A DNA stretch of 64,000 bases from Octopus vulgaris (GCA_951406725.2 OX597835.1:33914001-33978000), one strand, 5' to 3'; counted from the first letter of the stretch, positions 24,506 through 37,835 are shown. Notes: generated from the sequence alone by a model not told the origin. Translations and numbers: made by a program.

Positions 24506-25169
24506 AAAATGCCTCGTTTTATTAATCTTCTATCTTATGTACTCCAGTCCTGGCCTCTGTACGAGACGTATTTCCATTTTAATATTGTTATTGATGGATG
24601 ACAATGTGGATAGTTTTACTGGAGTTAATTTCTGTGATATAAGAAAACTATATTGACAACGTAGACAGGTTAAAGAGATAAGAAGAATGGAGAAACATGA
24701 CTTAAAATATAGTTGAAATAAACGAGATATCTAATGGTTAGGATCAGGCAGAACACATATAAGTTCAACGATCTACAAAAGTGATGTTAAATTCTGTAAG
24801 GCCTTTTCATTTTATGAACACAGACAATCTATCAATCTACTTTTGTTTAAATACATCAATGTAATCGATCGTCGAGAAATATTTATCATAGACGTCGACA
24901 AATTCCTGCATGAGCTGTTGTGTTCGAAGTAATAGAAAGAAAAATTTAAATACATAAAAAGGAGAAGAAAGATTAAATATGTCAGCAAGACATCTATTAT
25001 ATTTAGTCAGAATATTAAAAATCCGTTTAATAGCAAAACGCTGTATTATAGAAAAATTCATTAACTTCGCTTCACATAGAATCGATTGTAAGAAACATAT
25101 TTTCCGATCACATTGTTGTCGCTCAATCAGAGAAAATTTTGTCAAAAGCAGACGCTGCTATATATTCGC

Positions 25170-25670
25170 AGTTGTTGCTGTTGTTGCTGTTGTTGTTGTT
25201 GTTGTTCTTCTTCTTCTTCTTCTTCTTCTTCTTCTTCTTCTTCTTCTTCTTCCCTCCTTCTTCCTTTCTTCTTATATTCTTCTTCCCTTTATCTTCTTCC
25301 CTTTATCTTCTTCCCTTTTTCTTCTTCTTCCCTTCTTCCTTTCTTCTTCTTCTTCCCTTTTTCTTCTTCTTCCCTTCTTCCCTTTTTCCTTTCTTCTTCT
25401 TCTTCCCTTTTTCTTCTTCTTCCTTTCTTCTTCTTCCCTTCTTCCCTTTTTCCTTTCTTCTTCTTCTTCCCTTTTTCTTCTTCTTCCTTTCTTCTTCTTC
25501 TTCTTCTTCCCTTTTTCTTCTTCTTCTTCCCTTCTTCCCTTCTTCCTGTATTCTTCTTCTTCTTCTTCTTCTTCTACTTCTTCCTCTTCTTCCCTTCTTC
25601 CTTTCTTCTTCATCTTCTTCCTCTTCATCATCATCATCTTGATGTTCTTGCTCTTGTTCTTGTTCTTGTT
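25170..25670. repeat. (GTT)n then long (TTC)n-derived tract
   Basis: Direct reading. Confidence 0.95.
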
Positions 25671-26214
25671 GGTAGCATGGCGGTGTTGCGGCAGCTACTG
25701 CTGACGATGAGGTGAGGTGTTGGTGGAGGTGGTGGGAATGGTGGTGGGAGTAGCGATTGGTAATGCTATTGTTGTTGGTGGTGGTGGTGGTAGTGGTGGT
25801 GGTGTTTTTATTATTGTTGGGATTCAGGTCAGCTCTGAGTGAGCGGCACTAATCAAAAGCGTTCCAGTCATAACCACCCAGTCATTTTTCTCAGGCATAG
25901 CATTAGAATCGGTAGAGTGCCGCCTAAAATATCTTGCAGTAATTGATTACATACCCTTATGTTTTGAGATCAAATCTCAACCAGGTCGACATTTTGCCTG
26001 AGAGCTACGTTAAGGGTACGTGTGTCTGAGGAGTGCTCAGCCACTTACACATTAATTTCACGAGCAGTCTGTTCCGTTGATCGGATCAACTGGAACCCTC
26101 GTCGTCGCAACGGACTGGGTGCCAGTTTAATTGTTCTTAAGTTTATTCTGACCCAGCGCACTAGCGCCTGTCAGGGTCCCAGCTTCCGGTTAACCAGCGT
26201 ATCACGGAATTACC

Positions 26215-26431
26215 TATTTCTTTATTACCCACAAGGGGCTAAACATAGAGGAGACAAACAAGGACAGACATAGGTATCAAGTCGATTACATCGACCCCAG
26301 TGCGTAACTGGTACTTAATTTATCGACCCCGAAAGGATGAAAGGTAAAGTCGACCCCTGCGGAATTTGAACTCACAACGTAGCGGCAGACGAAATACCGC
26401 TAAGCATTTCGCCCGGCGTGCTAACGATTCT
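26215..26431 (-). mobile_element. SINE family B with Tx1-like tail
   Basis: Family B core and tail. Confidence 0.85.
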
Positions 26432-27012
26432 CCCACATCGGAACAAAGTTACTCACTGATATCCGCCAATGGACCCAGAGTAGATGAGGCCCTTCAGCTC
26501 TTTAGCTGCACATCTCGGAAAAAAAAACTCCATACAAAACCTGCATTCTGGTACCTATAGGGCTTAATAGCTGTCTCATAGAACGATAGAGCGGACTGGT
26601 TTTGTGCAAACATTGCCAACTATAATAGTAAAACTAGTAAACCCCTGCTGCCTTGTGAGATAATTTATTGAGAATTTTAAAAAGGCAAATAGAGTAAAGC
26701 CCAACAGAAAATCTAAGGCAGATACGTACGATAATCCGTAACCGATATCTGGCATCTTCTGTGGCTTCATAAATGTGAAGATAATGACTTGTGTTTCCAA
26801 CGTGGCGTATAAAAGAGCAGAGAGTTGGTAACAGCCCGGGTACAGCTGAGATGGTTACGTTACTGTCTTAATATACCATCGACCAACGACGAAAAAGGCC
26901 CAGCAGAAAATTCGTAAAGCGGGAGTTGGGCGGCAAAGGAAAGAGAAGGAAGGAAAAGAAAGCAATCTACGGTGTCTCGTTAACATTCATTTGCAGAATG
27001 GTACTTTGGTAA

Positions 27013-27425
27013 GGCGGCGAGTTGGCAGAAACGTTAGCACGCCGGGCGAAACGATTAGCGGTATTTCGTCTGTCTCTACGTTGTGAGTTCAAATTTCGCC
27101 GAGGTCGACATTGCCTTTCATCCTTTCGGGGTCGATAAATTAAGTACCAGTTACGCACTGGAGTCGATATAATCGACTTAATCCGTTTGTCTATCCTTGT
27201 TTGTCCTCTCTGTGTTTAGCCCCTTGTGGGTAATAAAGAAATAGGTATTTCGTCTGTCTCTACGTTCTGAGACAGACAAATCGAGGTCGACTTTGCCTTT
27301 CATCCTTTCGGGGTCGATAAATTAAGTACCAGTTACGCACTGGCGTCGATGTAATCGACTTAATCCGTTTCTCTCTCCTTGTTGGTCCCCTCTATCTTTA
27401 GCCTCTTGTGGGCAATTAAGAAATA
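27013..27425 (+). mobile_element. SINE family B dimer
   Basis: Junction TAAAGAAATA|GGTATTTCGTC at about 27243; TSD AGAATGGTACTTTG. Confidence 0.9.
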
Positions 27426-28177
27426 AGAATGGTACTTTGAACTGAAGCAGATATGAAAGTAACGAGCAAAGGAATCTAGGACTTTTCCACTTTCACCCAA
27501 ATAATTTGACCTTTGATTTAGCTGGCAGATATATTCATTCGTCTAGACATCGTTTGGTGAAGAGAGACCAGCAAGCATTGAGTTATGCGCAAATTTGAAA
27601 AACAATTATTATTTTTTAAATATCTTCGTTTTTTTTTTAAAGTTTTTCCGCAGGAAACTTCTGGTTGAGATATAAACAACGCGCCCTGTACATCTATGTG
27701 TGTATTTTCTAAGAATACGAATCGTTATTTCAGTTTTATATACATATATCTGTGTTAATTCATAGGGTGTACGCGTGTGAGTTTATGTAAACATATATAC
27801 AAGCACACACACTTATATACAGGTGTATGCGTATGTGTATATATAAATGTACGCATAGATACGCATGAATACACCACATACATGTGTATGTACACAAATG
27901 TTCGAACCTGTGCATATACAGGCTTATACATATATGAATATGTTTGTATATGTACGTATACATAGAGAAGTACACACATACGTATGTAGATTTGTACGTA
28001 TATACGTGTGCGTCATTCTGTATCTGCTACCAGTGCGTGTGTGTGTGAGCGTGTGTGTGTGTGTGTGTGTGCGTGTGTGTGTGTGTGTACAAAAATATAA
28101 CGAAGCATAAAAAATAATGAAGCACTGATAAATGAATAAATATATGTATAGTAAAAATAATAATAATAATTGTAATA

Positions 28178-28209
<32 letters not shown>

Positions 28210-28362
28210 ATATGTATATCATATATATGATATACATATTTATATTATATGTATGTATATCATATATGTATATATACATAATAAATATATAAATACTTCA
28301 TATATATACATATATATATATATGTATATATGTATGTATGTATAAATATGTATATGTATATG

Positions 28363-28403
<41 letters not shown>

Positions 28404-28648
28404 ATATACATGTATATATATATGTATATATATATATGTATATATACATGTATATATATGTAAGTATATGTGTATATATATGTATATATATGTGTATATG
28501 TATGTATATATATATATATGTATATGTATGTATATATATATACACGTATTTATATATATATATACATATATATATACATATACATATATATATACATATA
28601 CATATATATATATATACATATACATATATATATATACATATATATATA

Positions 28649-28725
<77 letters not shown>

Positions 28726-28880
28726 AATAAATATAAGAGAGTGGTCACTATATTGATCACTCTAGCACCAGTTAATCCAAAAGGTTTCAACCACGAAAAT
28801 ACATGTTTCCCATGAAAGCCAGTACGACTGTTAGCTCACACGGACAGGGCAAATAAAAAATAACAAAAATACAGATTATT

Positions 28881-28956
28881 TTGGGACAATTGTTTCGCTA
28901 TTAATGAATTAAATGTAATATTACTTACAATAATCCATTTGTAGCTCGTCAGCCAA
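28881..28956 (-). ncRNA. Type I hammerhead ribozyme, unit 1 (predicted cut 28885/28884)
   Basis: TTGG-CTGACGA-GCTA...TAGC-GAAAC-AATT-GTC^CCAA; canonical core, stem I extendable to 11 of 13 pairs. Confidence 0.9.
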
Positions 28957-29413
28957 GACTATCTGGATGAAATCCACTCAATCACACGCCAGATTTTACC
29001 ATAACGATAAATACGCGTGTGGTTCAATTGATTACATCCGACGTTATAATTCAAATGCCCCAACCAACAGCGCGCCAAACTCTCACGGAAAACAAATACA
29101 GCATTTAGAAATAAATGCAGCATAATTATAATTAATTAATAAGGGTGAGAGAATTAGATACTAATTTAATAGTATATTTATTCCACACCAAGTGGCCTAG
29201 TGCTACGAGAAACCTGGATTATTATAATATTTTATAACATATTATAATATTTTCACAAAATAAATATAAGAGAGTGGTCACTATATTGATCACTCTAGCA
29301 CCAGTTAATCCAAAAGGTTTCAACCACGAAAATACATGTTTCCCATGAAAGCCAGTACGACTGTTAGCTCACACGGACAGGGCAAATAAAAAATAACAAA
29401 AATACAGATTATT

Positions 29414-29489
29414 TTGGGACAATTGTTTCGCTATTAATGAATTAAATGTAATATTACTTACAATAATCCATTTGTAGCTCGTCAGCCAA
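29414..29489 (-). ncRNA. Type I hammerhead ribozyme, unit 2 (predicted cut 29418/29417)
   Basis: Identical to unit 1. Confidence 0.9.
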
Positions 29490-29946
29490 GACTATCTGGA
29501 TGAAATCCACTCAATCACACGCCAGATTTTACCATAACGATAAATACGCGTGTGGTTCAATTGATTACATCCGACGTTATAATTCAAATGCCCCAACCAA
29601 CAGCGCGCCAAACTCTCACGGAAAACAAATACAGCATTTAGAAATAAATGCAGCATAATTATAATTAATTAATAAGGGTGAGAGAATTAGATACTAATTT
29701 AATAGTATATTTATTCCACACCAAGTGGCCTAGTGCTACGAGAAACCTGGATTATTATAATATTTTATAACATATTATAATATTTTCACAAAATAAATAT
29801 AAGAGAGTGGTCACTATATTGATCACTCTAGCACCAGTTAATCCAAAAAGGTTTCAACCACGAAAATACATGTTTCCCATGAAAGCCAGTACGACTGTTA
29901 GCTCACACGGACAGGGCAAATAAAAATAACAAAAATACAGATTATT

Positions 29947-30022
29947 TTGGGACAATTGTTTCGCTATTAATGAATTAAATGTAATATTACTTACAATAAT
30001 CCATTTGTAGCTCGTCAGCCAA
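29947..30022 (-). ncRNA. Type I hammerhead ribozyme, unit 3 (predicted cut 29951/29950)
   Basis: Identical to unit 1. Confidence 0.9.
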
Positions 30023-31084
30023 GACTATCTGGATGAAATCCACTCAATCACACGCCAGATTTTACCATAACGATAAATACGCGTGTGGTTCAATTGATTA
30101 CATCCGACGTTATAATTCAAATGCCCCAACCAACAGCGCGCCAAACTCTCACGGAAACAAATACAGCATTTAGAAATAAATGCAGCATAATTATAATTAA
30201 TTAATAAGGGTGAGAGAATTAGATACTAATTTAATAGTATATTTATTCCACACCAAGTGGCCTAGTGCTACGAGAAACCTGGATTATTATAATATTTTAT
30301 AACATATTATAATATTTTCACAAAATAAATATAAGAGAGTGGTCACTATATTGATCACTCTAGCACCAGTTAATCCAAAATATATATATTATACACCAGT
30401 GTGTATGCGTGATCATTTTTTTTTCCCACTCTTCATATTTTCTGGTTAACTGCTGCTCGTTTATCCTTAAAGCCAACAGTTACCGAACTTACACCCTAAC
30501 CAATTCATATATTGGCACCGTATCAAACCAAAACTGTATCTTTGACTCACAGAAACTAACTCATACATTAAATTCTATTTCATATATTATTTATTTACTT
30601 GTTTACTTCCGTGTTTTTGTATGTGTTTTTATTTTGTACTTTTGCTCCTATTTAATTTGGTTTCTCTGGGTTGGAAGAAGGCTTCTCTTATTATTTTCCT
30701 GTTTTTTTTTGTTTTTGTTTTTTTGCTTTTTTAATTTTTTTTTCTGGTTATGGTTTTTTTTTCTTCTGTTTCCACTACACCTCACCACCAGCCATTAATA
30801 ATAAGCCAGACGTCTTCAATTAAACACTATCGGACGCAAATACCACCATCGCTACCACCACTACTACTACTACTACTAACTCCATCACCACCTACATCGC
30901 CATCACAACCTCTACATACACCACCGCTACCACCACCACGAACCCCACACACCATCACCACTGCCACTGCCACGACCAACGCCGTCACCCACACCACCAC
31001 CGCCTGCCATCACTATCTCAACAAAACCACTGCCCACCCACACAACTCCTCAACCACGATGCTCCACCACCACATATCTATCTA

Positions 31085-31277
31085 TATGTATGTATATATA
31101 TATATATGTATATAAATATATGTATATAAATATATATATATATATGCATATATATATATATACATATATATTTATATATATATACATATATATATATATA
31201 CATATATATACATATATATACATATATATATACATATATATACATATATATATATATAAATATATACATATATATAT

Positions 31278-31343
<66 letters not shown>

Positions 31344-31567
31344 CATATAAATATATACATATATATTCATATATATATACATATATATACATACATATAT
31401 ATACATATATATATATATATACATTATATACATATATATATACATATATATATATATACATATATATACATATATATATACATATATATATATATACATA
31501 TATATACATATACATATACAAATATATACATATATATATATACATATATATGTACATATATATACAT

Positions 31568-31641
<74 letters not shown>
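31085..31641. repeat. Long (TA)n/(TATACA)n tract; similar tracts at 28210-28720, 45350-45446 and 51128-51400
   Basis: Direct reading. Confidence 0.95.
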
Positions 31642-31647
<6 letters not shown>

Positions 31648-31697
31648 ACAAATTATGAGAGATGAATATATTTATTTAACCACTTGACATCCTTTTC

Positions 31698-31975
31698 AGT
31701 GGATTTGGTGGACGGAAACTGAAAGAAGCCCGTAGTATATATGTATATGTATGTGTGTGTGTGTGTGATATGTTTGTGTATCTGTGTTTGTCCCACCAAG
31801 ATCGCTTGACAACGGATGCTGGTGTGTTTACGTTCCCCTAACTTAGCGGTTCGGATAAATGGACCGATAGAATAAGTACTAGGCTTGCAAAGAATAAGCC
31901 CTGGCTTTGATTTGCCCGACTGAAAGTAGTGCTTCCGAATGGCCACAGTAAAATGACTGAAACAAGTAAAAGACT
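31698..31975 (+). mobile_element. SINE family A, 3' part
   Basis: Matches family A body and tail. Confidence 0.8.
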
Positions 31976-31990
31976 AAATAATATGTATGT

Positions 31991-32083
<93 letters not shown>

Positions 32084-32808
32084 CAGATAGATATACACAC
32101 ATATATATATATATATATATATACAGGGAAAGATACGAAAATAAACAAAAGACGAAGACAGGTGGTGTACAAAACAAACAGATGTATTAGTGTAACGCTC
32201 AGGAATAGAAAAAGTCTTTTACGTTTCGAGCCTGTGTGAGTGTGTATGCACAAAAATGTACAAACACACAAATGCTCAGACGCACACACGCTCCCATCTA
32301 TACATTCCCGTGTGTGCATATTTAAAGCGTTGTTCATTTATATTTGCCACGTTCGTGTGCACTGAAACAGGAAGAGATACTCGCTGCAGTAACGGTCTCA
32401 GAGGATATATTCTGCTTATGGACAGTGAAAACAAACCGAGCAAAGATATGAATGACATAATCGGAACGTTTTTATGCGTGATTACGCTTTATTAGTTCGA
32501 CTTCAAATCATTAATTCCAGCTTGACAGAACTTTGCACGCACTAGGAAATTTATTTTTCGCTATTTACGTATAGAAACGGCTGTAATTGGTGGGTTGTGG
32601 ACTACAAATTTACTATTTATATATGATGAAGCGTAATCAAGCAACAAAACATTGAGCTACGGCAGCGTTGCATTTTCTTTTCTTCTTTTAGGCTTACAAG
32701 AAAGTGTTAAATGTAAATGCACACGAATTTATTTTAATCAACGCAACAATATATACCTCTATTTGCATTTTATATCTTCATTTTATATCTTCATGATTGT
32801 ACTTTATA

Positions 32809-32936
32809 ATCTCTGACGAGGCCTTGAGATATATATATATAAGTAACTCATTTTTAACTGCATATTACCTCAATACATCTGACTAATATGGGCATAATGA
32901 GGTACTCTTATCTACAGGCTGAAACAGCTGTAAGAT
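32809..32936 (+). ncRNA. Type I hammerhead ribozyme with about 100-nt stem II domain
   Basis: ATCT-CTGACGA-GGCCT...AGGCT-GAAAC-AGCT-GTA^AGAT. Confidence 0.75.
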
Positions 32937-33314
32937 CCATTTTATATGTATTATTTCTATGGTATTATCTTACTTATTGATGTATATTGTTTTATTCTGT
33001 TTTATTCTGTTGGATTTGGATGTTCCTATTTAATTAATTAGTAAATTATATGAATTGGTATTATCTATAAGTTGATGATTGAAAGGAATCTATTCCTCCA
33101 TTTTCTTATTTTGTATATATATATATATATATAATTCGTCCCCAGTCGAAAGACACCTGTTGTTATGTCCTGTTATTATTATTATTTTTATTGTATTTAT
33201 ATTGTATTTATATTTGTGTAACATCGACTGTTTTTCCGTCCTTGTTTTCGTATACATTCGATGCTTTCTTCCAAGGAATCTAATGCTCTTAGCTTAGTTT
33301 TTCTTTGGGGCTGG

Positions 33315-33383
33315 CCAGATTGGGGCAATCTCAAGATTAATAAGCCGAAATTGTGAGGATGATCTGGTTCTTGACTGAAAGCT
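33315..33383 (+). ncRNA. Rearranged hammerhead, family 2 copy 2 (core partly deleted), in a (TA)n-flanked element 33135-33478
   Basis: CCAGATT..GCAATC^TCAAGA-TTAATA-AGCC-GAAATTGT..GATCTGG-T-TCTTGA-CTGAA[del]AGCT. Confidence 0.6.
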
Positions 33384-33477
33384 TCGAATGACCCTTGTTT
33401 TTTTTTTGTATCGTCTATCTGGATGTTTTGTTGTCCCTAGTTGTCCGGATGTTTTGCGTTCTTGTCCCATTTTGCAT

Positions 33478-33517
<40 letters not shown>

Positions 33518-33533
33518 GGAGAGAGAGAGAGAG

Positions 33534-33565
<32 letters not shown>

Positions 33566-33760
33566 AAAATGGAATTCATGAGATTAATAAAGAATCTCGT
33601 GAATTCCATTTTCTTTCTCTTTTTCTCAGACACGAAGGTATTTCTGTAGTAAATTCTCTGGCATATGAATCCATAATTTTGATGACATCAGGTTGCCAAA
33701 TACAGTAAACGGGCTTTAAACGGCATACTGCATGGTTACAAGGTGTGTACCTGAATTTAA

Positions 33761-33801
<41 letters not shown>

Positions 33802-33806
33802 GTATG

Positions 33807-33883
<77 letters not shown>

Positions 33884-34140
33884 CTCAGAGAAGTATATAC
33901 ACCCCTAAAAACTTTCAGTAAAGTTGGCATTATTCTGATAATATCGAAGAAAATCAAACGAAATTTATACTGAATAAAATATATTATACATGCAAACATT
34001 ATATATATTTGAAACAGAAAACAATAGATGTTTTCAAAGATATGAACGAAATATTAATTTTCGAACGATGCTAAAAAATATACAACTTAAAGAATTATTT
34101 GCTATATTTAATGTTTGGTGTGACCGCCCTTGCTTTCAAT

Positions 34141-34681
34141 GATACTAATCGTCTGGAAGCCGTTCAGCGACGTGCAACCAAGAGAATACCCTCCATCAAA
34201 CATTTGCCATATTCTGAACGCCTTACTTCCCTGGGCATGGACACATTGAAACTTCGACGTATGGCAGCTGACTTGACAGACACCCATAAAATTATGAACC
34301 ATCTTACAAACAATAACTCTGAGTACCTTTTCAAACTCCACCTGTCTAACACCCGTGGACATGTTTACAAAGTCAGGAAACAGCACAGCTCCCATGACTT
34401 TCGGAAACATTTTTTCACGCCAAGAGTTGCTGAAGCATGGAACAGACTGCCGGCATCAGTTGTTAGTTGTCGGAGCACTGCATCCTTCAAAACTTCCGTG
34501 CTTCCTGAGATTCGCCAACACTACACCTGATTTTTTCCCCTCCATACACACGCAAGCATGTATCTGACTCACACACTGTTCACGTCCCAGACATTTGTAC
34601 ATTAAGGCACATGCTTTATACGCACTTTTGACAAGTTGTGGTGCACCTGAGCACCGTATACAATAATTTCATTATTATTAC

Positions 34682-34751
<70 letters not shown>
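34141..34751 (+). mobile_element. 5'-truncated CR1-type LINE with (ATT)n tail, inside Tc1
   Basis: LEAVQRRATKRI...YSERL..L...TL..RR...TRGH...FFT.RV...WNRLP; 3' (ATT)n. Confidence 0.9.
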
Positions 34752-34753
<2 letters not shown>

Positions 34754-35074
34754 GTCTTCTGTGCATTGAGTCGACTAAATTTCCGCATACAACCGATCAA
34801 ATCGACCTCCATTCATTTAGAATGATGTCTTTCAACTGTGTTACATTGCAGGGTCATTTTCCCCACAACTTTCCTTTTCAAAACACCCCACAGTTGTTCT
34901 ACTGGGTTTAAATCAGGTGATATGATATGCCAAGGCAATGCCTTTACCTTTTCATCTGAGAAAAACTTAGTCATCTTTGAAGTGTGTTTAGGGTCATTAT
35001 TATGTTGGAACATGGAATGTCTTTCTAGTTCTTTGAAGCTTTTCAACATTGTTTTCTGCAATATATCACAATAG

Positions 35075-35480
35075 TGGAGTCGCAATGGCCCAGTGGTTAG
35101 GGCAGCAGACTCGCGGTCGTAGGATCGCGGTTTCGATTCCCAGACCGGGCGTTGTGGGTGTTTATTGAGCAAAAACACCTAAAGCTCCACGAGGCTCCGG
35201 GTGGTGGTGAACCGTGCTGTACTCTTTCACCACAACTTCCTCTCATTCTTCTTTCCTGTTTCTGTTGTACCTGTATTTCTAAGAGCCTGGCTTGTCACAA
35301 ACTGTGTCACGCTGAATCTCACCGAGAACTACGTTAAGAGTACGCGTGTCTGTCGAGTACTCATCCACTTGCACGTTAATTTCACGAGCTGCTGCTGCTG
35401 GTGATGAGGTGAGGTGATGGTGGAGGTGATGGGAGTGGTGACGGGGGTAGCGATTGGTAATGTTGTTGTTATTGTTATTG

Positions 35481-35512
<32 letters not shown>

Positions 35513-35838
35513 GGTGTTTTTATTTTTGTTGGGATTCAGGTCAGCTCTGAGTGAGCGGCACTGTAATCAAAAGCGTTCCAGTCATAACCACCCAGTCGTT
35601 TTTCTCAGGCATTGCATTAGAATTGCTAGGGCGCAGCGTAAAATATCTTGCAGTATTTGATTACATCCCCTTATGTTTTGAGATCAAATCTCAACCAGGT
35701 CGACATTTTGCCTGAGAACTACGTTAAGGGTACGTGTGTCTGAGGAATGCTCAACCACTTACACGTTAATTCCCCGAGCAGGCTGTTCTGTTGATCGGAT
35801 CATCTGGAGCCCTCGTCATCGTAACTGACGGAGTGCCA
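35075..35838 (+). mobile_element. Composite SINE family C carrying a captured segment, inside Tc1
   Basis: tRNA-like head TGGCCCAGTGGTTAGGGCAGCAGACTCGCGG; 35392-35833 matches 25694-26116; imperfect TSD ATATCACAATA/ATGTCTCAATA. Confidence 0.75.
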
Positions 35839-35985
35839 CGATGTCTCAATAAAGCCTTGATTCCATTGTTCTCTCAATAAAAGTGGGTCCTCTCACACCA
35901 GCCACACCCATTCATCTTCAAAGCATAACACGGTGCATTTGTCGTTATTATCTTCACTTGGTCATCGCCATACTCATTTAATACC

Positions 35986-36393
35986 TATTACTTTATTACC
36001 TACAAGGGGCTAAACACAGAGGGGACAGACATAGGTATTAAGTCGATTACATCGACCCCAGTGCGCAACTGGTACTTAATTTATCGACCCCGAAAGGATG
36101 AAAGGTAACGTCGACCTCGGCGGAATTTGAACTCACAACGTAACGGCAGACGAAATACCTATTTCTTTATTACCCACAAGGGGCTAAACATAGAGAGGAC
36201 AAACAAGGACAGACATAGGTATTAAGTCGATTACATCGACCCCAGTGCGTAACTGGTACTTAATTTATCGACCCCGAAAGGATGAAAGGCAAAGTCGACC
36301 TCGGCGGAATTTGAACTCACAACGTAACGGCAGACGAAATACGGCTACGCAATTCGCCCGACGTGCTAACGTTTCTGCCAGCTCTCCGCCTAA
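35986..36393 (-). mobile_element. SINE family B dimer, inside Tc1
   Basis: TSD TCATTTAATACC (35974-35985, 36394-36405). Confidence 0.9.
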
Positions 36394-36612
36394 TCATTTA
36401 ATACCATCTGACCCAAACAATTTGATTTTAGTCTCGTTAGTAAAAAGAATTTTATTCCAAAACTCTTTCCCCTTACCAACATAGGTTTCGGCAAAGGAAA
36501 GACGACTTGATTTATGCTTGGTAGTGAGGAGAGGCTTCCTACGAGGAATGCGTCCATGAAGACCACAATGGTTCAAACTTCGACGAACTGTTCGGCCGGA
36601 TACACTCTTTCC

Positions 36613-36823
36613 TTTCTACTGGAAGCACAAGGCCTCAAATTTGGGGAAGGGATTAAGTCGATTACATCGACCCCAGTGCGTAACTGGTACTTATTTAATC
36701 GACCCCGAAAGAATGAAAGGCAAAGTCGACCTCTTTGGAATTTGAACTCTAAACGTTGCGGCAGACGAAATACGGCTACGCCTTTCGCCCGGCGTGCTAA
36801 CGATTCTGCCAGCTCACCGCCTT
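36613..36823 (-). mobile_element. SINE family B monomer, inside Tc1
   Basis: 16-bp TSD CGGATACACTCTTTCC (36597-36612, 36824-36839). Confidence 0.9.
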
Positions 36824-37410
36824 CGGATACACTCTTTCCACTTACAGAAGACACTTCTTGGGCCAAAGATGAAGTAGTACGACGCCTGTCGTCCATCTCA
36901 CAAGGTTGGATGAGGCGAATATCACGCGCAGTTAAAACAGAAGGACGATCTGGTCGATGTTTACTGCTTAGCCGTCCAGTAGCTTTGTACTTCTGACTTA
37001 CTTTGGCAACTGTGTTTACGCTAATATGTATTCGTTTGCTAATTAATTTGTATCCTAAACCATTCTTGTGCAAATTAAAAAAAATTTTCTTCAAATCTTC
37101 AGACAATTATTTTCATTTTGATGCCATTTTAATCACAATGAAGCCGATTTTCATCACGGTACACAAATCAGAATTACTGCAGATTCAATAACAATGGCCG
37201 GTGTAAAAATGCCAGGAGAAATAATTTATTAGAATTGAAACTATCAGCAATATCTGAATTTAGTAAAAGAAAAAAGTGGATAAAATATTGAATATAGCAA
37301 ATTTCCTTTAGGGTGGACATATTTTTGTAACGTTTGAAAACTAATATCGCGTTCATATCTTTGAAAATATTTATTGTTTTGTATTCCAAATTTGTATAAT
37401 GTTTGCATGT

Positions 37411-37622
37411 ACAGAGTGCGGCAGAAATACCTCCCACATTTTAAACTTTAAATTATATGTTGCTAATGAACTTATGCAAGTGCCAATGATGTTTGCAGTT
37501 AGCTAACGAACAAAAACTGTAACCATTTGTTTAAACAACAGCATAATTAATTTTTCATAAATGTTGTTTCTTTTTCCTTTTGTCAACCTGTCAAATGTGG
37601 CAACTATTTCTGCCGCACCCTG
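37411..37622. mobile_element. Tc1/mariner-type MITE inserted in the Tc1 TIR
   Basis: TIR CAG(A/G)GTGCGGCAGAAATA; TA TSD. Confidence 0.85.
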
Positions 37623-37739
37623 TATCATATATTTTATTCAGTATAATTTTCGTTTGACTTCTTTCGATATTATTAAAGTAATGGCAATTTTACTGAAATT
37701 TTTTAGGAGTGTACATACTTCTGTGAGATACTGCACCTA

Positions 37740-37825
<86 letters not shown>

Positions 37826-37835
<10 letters not shown>

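Larger units (their letters stand above)
28725..30380 (-). mobile_element. Tandem array of 533-bp units (3.1 copies), each with a hammerhead ribozyme; retrozyme-like or tandem Penelope pLTR
   Basis: GTGGTCACTA recurs at 28741, 29274, 29807 and 30339; units near identical; (TA)n on both flanks; no ORF. Confidence 0.9.
33880..37733 (-). mobile_element. Tc1-like transposon, decayed, with long TIRs and five nested insertions
   Basis: About 230-bp TIRs (CAGTATCTCA.AGAAGTAT.TACAC.CCT); transposase pieces at 36573-37106 (HTH), 36394-36576 (RRKPLL..W.KILFTNETKI) and 34813-35072 (FQHNNDPKHTS..SPDLNPVEQLW). Confidence 0.9.

Noticed and set aside
35075-35145. tRNA-Arg gene (also 21720-21792, 15676-15747)
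   Set aside because: These are SINE heads or decayed remnants; no complete cloverleaf could be drawn
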